52,164 nucleotides of DNA. Origin: Dicyema japonicum. Its lineage: Eukaryota; Animalia; Dicyemida. Location of the stretch: contig RDEW01000039.1 of assembly GCA_011109175.1 (NCBI GenBank), forward strand, positions 540,053 to 592,216, in the 5' to 3' direction. The notes below the pieces were generated by a model. That model searched no databases, was not told the DNA's origin, and saw only the letters and a program-made list of their open reading frames with translations. Below, piece after piece: positions 46,501 to 52,164 of this stretch (positions are counted from its first letter, which is position 1; every line of letters starts with the position of its first letter). The position numbers and the translations under genes are program-made.

Positions 46501-48193
46501 ATGTTGAAAATGTATTTTAAATATGATTTCAGTTTAATCTGCGGGGAAGTTGACGGTAAATTCGAACGTTTTTTTGATAGAATCAACGTAATCAATGACA
46601 AGTCTAATTATGATGTATAAAAATTAATTATCATAGCTTCTCATTTGTGTAGGCAACTTTTTTAGTGAAACCGAATCGTTAAATACTTTTGACACCAGTT
46701 TAGGTTTTATTATAACTAAATTCAGTTAATATTGATACGTATATATTTTGTCATCAGGAACCACCGATTCCTCTCAATTCACCCAGAATCAAATACATTC
46801 AAAAATCACAAGTTTTTGATCTTCCTAATGGACTGGTCCTTGCTTACAAAGAAGAGACGACAGATTTTCCTCGCAAAGATATTGATATTCTCATCACACC
46901 AAAATGGCCTTCTGCTGTGCTTAAAAATCTCGAGGATACTGATGAAGTTAGGGTAATCATTTTAAAAAATTTAAGCACAATAATATAAAATATTTCATAA
47001 AATATGGTTGTCATGATGCCGCCAAAGCTGCCTACATGTTGAAGCCCAGATATCATTTCTCAGTTGGTGAGAATTGTTCGTATGAAAGGCCGCCTTTTAG
47101 GTTAAATATTATTTAATTCTTTTAGAATTGTAAATTCAACGGGAACTGAATTGCTATCTCGTTTTATATCATTGATCAAGGTTGAAATTTCGAATTTAAG
47201 GTTTCCTTGGATTTTAACCGTTCAGTGGTTATACGCATTTTCGATCAAACCGGTCAACCTATCTAGTCCAGATGAACTATTTCCTGCTGTCGATTATACT
47301 GAGAATCCTTATATTGAACGGTTTAAGAATGACCTAACAGACGACAAAATGTCAAATGAGACACATAACAATCCGCACTTTTTTTCCAAACAACTTGGCA
47401 AGTTCGAAGAATCAACCCAAAGTGCACTTATATGTTATTTTAGGGACCGAGACGAATGTCTGTTTTGTCATAGGTCTTCAATCGTAGACAAACATCTAGT
47501 CATAAAAGTATTTGATCGCGTATTTTTTAAATTATTAACTACTAGTGCTACCTATCATTAGCTAAAGGCGGAATTGATCTGTATCACGTTGTTATACTAC
47601 CAATTGACCACATGCAATCATTCGTTTGTTTGGACTCTGAGACAAAAGATAATTTCAACAGGTTCCTAGATTTATCATTTTAGATTTAAACATCTGATCG
47701 GCCGATTTTATGCTCAATTTGAACGAGTTCCTTTCTTTTTTGAATGCAATTTTCAGAATCATCACCTCCAATTGCAAGTTTTGCCAGTCTTATTTTAGGT
47801 TGTCGCGATTCCAGTCAACTTGGTTGATTTTATTGTCGAGACTTTGCATTATTATGCTCATAATCTTCATTTGGTGGTATCCGAGTTGTCTTCTAAGGAT
47901 GACCTCCTTGACGTTTGGATAATTTCATTAAATTTAGGTTACCGGTTCTAATCAGCCGTATTTTTATGCGGAGATTGGCACCGTAGGAAAGTACTTTATT
48001 TCATTGAACAATGTTGACAACTTTCCTAGTAATTTTGGAAGGTACTTTTTATGGTTTTTTGTAGGAAAATTGTATGTGATGTACTTAGATGTGGTAATCG
48101 GATAAATTGGAGAGTCTGCATTCTTGAGGAGGCTGATGAAAAAGCTAATGTTGAGGAGTTTAGAAAATGGTTCGACATTTTAGTTTGATTTAA
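46501..48193 (+). CDS. CWF19L1: CWF19-like protein 1 (Drn1), copy 3; 2-3 apparent 1-nt deletions
   Basis: Same exon/intron layout and motifs as copy 2 (MLKILICGEVDGKFERFFDRI...PKWPSAV...LKPRYHFSVGENCSYERPPFR...CLFC...FPSNFGR). Confidence 0.9.
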
Positions 48194-48349
48194 TAAATTT
48201 AATTTCTCTTATATCGATTATAGGTAAATAAATTATACTTCTTCAAAAATAATCACTGAATTCCTTTTTCTTCACAAAAAACGATAGATCTTTTCAAAGT
48301 TCTTTTGATTCATATTGGATTTAAGTTCGATGTATTTGTGGATCCCCGA

Positions 48350-48630
48350 GAAAGAAAGACAAAAGAAATTTCAACTAGTTAGGTGATCCCAGTTCCCGTA
48401 GCCAAACGTGACGTCAACGCCTGTGCGTCTCCATTGTTCTCACTGCCGAACGGAAATGTTTTCTTGATCCTTACAGAGGAAACTGATTGGGGATGGAAAT
48501 TTTCCTGCCAACCGATTTTCTTTTGCATGAAACAGTGAGAGGCTGAATATGTGTCCATCTTCCTCGCAAATGCGGAGAAATCCGGAACTACATCTACGAG
48601 TTGTAGATTCCGTCAGCAGGGGAGGTATTT
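48350..48630 (-). mobile_element. I/Jockey-like LINE 3' end fragment
   Basis: FLRICEEDGHIF...HAKENR...PISFLC parallels FLRFCKELGNSF...HAEEIR...PIEFIC at 33264-33480; same CTGGGATCACCTAA 3' motif. Confidence 0.65.
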
Positions 48631-48694
48631 TGTTCTATATTATAGGTCCCAGCATACGTATTGTTTTCCTTTGCAGTTAGTCGTATGAATACAA

Positions 48695-48945
48695 CTTAAA
48701 TTAAATTTATTCCAAAGACCAAGGGTAACCAAACTAACTAACTCCTTGATCCGGACTCGTTCCAGCGTTTCAGAACTTGTCTCCAGGTAATCACAATTCC
48801 CCGGGGAAAAAATAGTGGATCCTCTTGTTGCTGGCCAAACATTGGGCGTCACCTCAGTAAGGTGGATCCAATGACGCCATCAAAGGGAGGGAAAATAAGT
48901 ATTGATATACTAGCCACATAGCACCACATGTAGCCGCCTTATTTA
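48695..48945 (-). mobile_element. Short non-autonomous retroelement with pseudoknot core (copy B)
   Basis: Head GTGGTGCTATGTGG; core at 48817-48878; LINE-like 3' end GGATCAAGGAGTTAGTTAGTTTGG...GGTCTTTGGAATAAA. Confidence 0.75.
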
Positions 48946-49129
48946 GTAATTGTAATTGACAGATAAAATTAAATTAATTTTAATCTCAAATCTCCCATTT
49001 GTTGGATATTATTAAACTAAAATGAAATATGTCACAGTCCAATGCTCTGTGGCTCCAACTTTAGTATGTTGCTATGTGGCTACTTGAATTGAAGATTTGT
49101 GTTTGTTTCTTCTGTTCCTTCTCTTACCC

Positions 49130-49400
49130 TTTGACTCCAAGAAGTAGAATTGTTAGAGTGCGTCATATCGAATGCCATAACGGTTACAGTGGTGAATAAG
49201 GCCACTTTATTAAATATTAAATAAAAAAGATGATAAAGATCACTGAACCTGTTGAACGATATCAGATCGCTCACCGCAAGAAGAATAATGATTAAGAAAA
49301 AGGAGTTGGCTAATTGAACGTATTTACTCGCAAATCGTCAAGGGAAATGCGTTCTCGGTTATGAGAGCAGTCAGTAATTGCTAACTGTTAATTTTTGTCC
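49130..49400 (+). mobile_element. Decayed CRE 3' fragment
   Basis: WLIERI...IVKGNAFSVMRA, resembling the CRE C-terminus. Confidence 0.5.
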
Positions 49401-49589
49401 TTAATTGGCTTAATAAATTTTAAAAAAAGTAAATAGAGGTCAAGTAATGTAACGTTTATTTTATTGTAACCGATAGGCATGTGATATTCAACATCTCTGG
49501 AAGCGCTAGATATTATGCCAATGGTCTCAAATGAATAATATGAATTTTTTCCAAAAAAATAAATTCTCTTAAAAAATTATTCCACTTTT

Positions 49590-51452
49590 ATTAGGAGTGA
49601 TAAAGTTAAATTTAAATATAATATATTAAAATTAAACAAATTCTGTTTATTCATTATTTTTAAACGTTCTACCTTTATATTCTAAAAAATTATAAAGTTA
49701 GAAAGTTAAAAAATAAATCGTAAGGTTAAATTTTTTTAACTTTATTTTTTAAATTATTTCAAAAATTATTATTTTACTATTAAATAAATATTAAACAGTA
49801 TGTAGTTTACACGTTTTTTGCCACTTATTTCTAAGTTTTCTTTGACTAAAGCAACATTAATTGTTAACGAAATTCCATGAGAATTTCAATTACATAATAA
49901 CCATGAGTTATTTTGTACACTATGCTTAACGACAGTGAATTGCTTAAAAAAGCACTTTGTTAACCTTCACAGGCCAAGAAACATAAAAATTCCGTTGGTA
50001 AGATTTTTCGATGATATAGATAGATCGTTTGACCACATTTAGCTAACAAAAATTAAATTAATCTGAATTGGAAACTTGGATTTGAAGGTGACTAAGGCTT
50101 TTCTGAAATGTGCCATTCCGCTTAACAAATTATCAACGCCTTTGTTCATTGATCTTTTCAAATACAACCAAATTTCCCTTCCTTCGAAATCGCAAGTAAG
50201 GAACTGTGCCAAATATGTTACAAAAAATACATAGCTTCGTTCAGGGTATATTCAAGTATTTTATCAAATTTTATTTTCTAGAGAACAAAAAATTTTTGCG
50301 ATAACCGATGAAACTCGAATCCGAAACAAACGATGTGTCGCGGTTTTGATGGGATTAATCAAACTTCCTAAAATTACTTATTTGGTCTCATTCAAGCCAA
50401 TTGAGTCTTCACCTACAAAAATATTATAGCACAGATTGTTGATGATTCGATCCGAAATATAACGGGATAATTTTATGCTTTTTATTTCTGATGCTGCAAG
50501 GTATGACAGCCGGTATTGTTTTAATTCATTTATGATTTAGCTGGGAAAATTTAATAAAAAATTATATCCTAATATTTTCGTGTCAATTGCGCCGCCCATA
50601 ATTTGCAAAATTGTTCTATGGAAATCAGAAAATCTTATCCAGAAGTAGATGATGTGATAGCTAGCGTACAAACTTCTATTAGGAAGAACAAAAGCGAAAA
50701 TTGTTGTTTTCCGAAATTGGAATTCCTACCAAAATTATTCGTTCCTTATATATTGTCAGTCATCCTCTGCATCTGTCGAAAGATGTTTTTCCAAATTCAA
50801 GAGTTTTTTGAGGACAAACAGAAACTTTTGTACACGAAATCTGGAAAATTACGTAATGTCCATTTTCAATAAATATTCTTTAAAAAACATTTGTATTTTA
50901 TTGTTTCATATCTATATTTTACAGGTTTAAATTGAAAATAAATAAAGTTAATTTTTTTCAAATTTTAAGGTTAAAAACTTGGTTTATAGGTTAATAAAGT
51001 TAACCTTTTAAAGTTAAATTTTTTTCAAATTTTAAGGTTAAAAAGTTTGGTTTATAGGTTTATAAAGTTAACCTTTTAAAGTTAAATTTTTTCAAATTTT
51101 AAGGTTAAAAAGCTTGGTTTATATTAATAAGTTAACCTTTTAAGTTAAATTTTTTCAAATTTTAAGGTTAAAAAGCTTGGTTTATAGGTTTATAAAGTTA
51201 ACCTTTTAAAGTTAATTTTTTCAAATTTTAAGGTTAAAAAGCTTGGTTTATAGTTTAATTAAGTTAACCTTTTAAAGTTAATTTTTTTTCAAATTTTAAG
51301 GTTAAAAAGCTTGGTTTATAAGTTAATAAAGTTAACCTTTTAAAGTTAATTTTTTTCAAATTTTAAGGTTAAAAAGCTTGGTTTATAGGTTAATAAAGTT
51401 AACCTTTTAAGTTAAATTTTTTCAAATTTTAAGGTTAAAAAATGTTTGCCTT
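49590..51452 (+). mobile_element. hAT-related (DUF659/CGGBP1-like) transposon, decayed, with a subterminal tandem array
   Basis: KAFLKCAIPLNKL, ITDETR, FMLFISDAARY, LYPNIFRVNCAAHNLQNCSMEIRKSYPEVDDVIASV. The boundaries come from the empty paralogous site TTATTCCATTTTG|AGTAATCATATT at about 31163-31188. Confidence 0.8.
50944..51442. repeat. Tandem array of about 7.5 copies of a 64-68 bp AT-rich unit
   Basis: Unit about AAAGTTAAATTTTTTCAAATTTTAAGGTTAAAAAGCTTGGTTTATAGGTTAATAAAGTTAACCTTTT; TAACC recurs at 51001, 51069, 51133, 51199, 51265, 51333 and 51400. Confidence 0.97.
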
Positions 51453-51629
51453 AGTAATCATATTTTTCACTACCTTAAAATCAATATCGCTTGGTATACT
51501 GGTCTACTAGGGACAATGATATGTCTTGACTGCAACCTAATTTTTGAAAAAATTGGTAGAATCGTTTATTAATATATAAAAACACTTTTTAGGAAAATTT
51601 ATTTTGTTTTTTTTTTGTAAAAAGATATT

Positions 51630-52164
51630 TATTTAGCCTTGGTCCCTTCAAAATTTCTAAACATGTTCTTTTTCTTTTCGTTATGAAAGGCATCTTTTTC
51701 TTTTATGATGCAAGAACCCGTTTCATGTTATATTACGACTATGACATCACCTATTTGACTACGCGGCGGTCCTTCAAGTGAAGGATACCGGTTGCTAAAG
51801 TCACAAATAAGAACTGAGACTGCAGTTGTATTTCATGAACCAAATAACTCGAAAGCGGATCCCGAAAAGAGAAGAGATGGCCTTCTCTGGTTGTCTATAA
51901 GGCGAAAAAACAAAATGAGGATGTAGATTCTCCGATTCTGTATAAATAAGAATTTAAATTCATATGATGACCACAGAGGAGGTGCTCCAAGTTGACACCA
52001 ACTTAACGATGTAGGGATGCCTCGCTTCCTTCAATGTTTGGTGGAGGACTTCCCTAGAGCTTTATGATACCATGACAGATGGCATTAGTATAAACCCAGT
52101 AGTGAATCATTTTAAGGCTCAAATAAGTGGGTTCATTCTCTGGGATTGTTAGATAAATGCAAAA
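51630..52164 (-). mobile_element. LINE C-terminal zinc-knuckle fragment (paralogue of 31340-31900)
   Basis: LCGHHMNLNSYLYRIGESTSSFCFF; aligns with 31340-31760. Confidence 0.7.

Noticed and set aside
50944-51442. CRISPR array or telomeric repeat
   Set aside because: There are no unique spacers or cas genes, the context is eukaryotic, and the unit is far longer than a telomere repeat and lies inside a transposon.

Overview
AT-rich eukaryotic nuclear DNA using the standard genetic code. Its compact genes are broken by spliceosomal micro-introns (GT-AG, almost all 20-27 nt), so the supplied ORF track shows only fragments. Manual splicing recovers HEATR1/UTP10 (3' part), TPGS1, COQ10, BLOC1S6, TPRKB/CGI121, CCDC113, TEDC1 and three diverged tandem copies of the lariat-debranching cofactor CWF19L1/Drn1. 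Ciliary genes, animal-like protein motifs and this intron size suggest a reduced ciliated animal such as a dicyemid (inference only). Intergenic DNA is mostly nested, decayed transposons: RTE, CRE, R4/Dong-like and I/Jockey-like LINEs, SINEs, and Ginger-like, pogo, hAT-like and MULE-like DNA elements. Several have readable target-site duplications or paired empty/filled sites. Best leads: (1) short non-autonomous retroelements sharing a covarying ~62-nt pseudoknot with HDV-ribozyme-like topology but non-canonical core residues; (2) CWF19L1 amplification in a micro-intron genome; (3) an apparent minimum-length 'first AG' splicing rule; (4) a patchwork cassette with a copied TEDC1 fragment; (5) transposons resembling microsporidian families. 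Scattered 1-nt frameshifts in conserved genes suggest consensus errors, so intact versus pseudogene status is uncertain. All homology calls are motif recognition by eye, and TE boundaries without TSDs are approximate.
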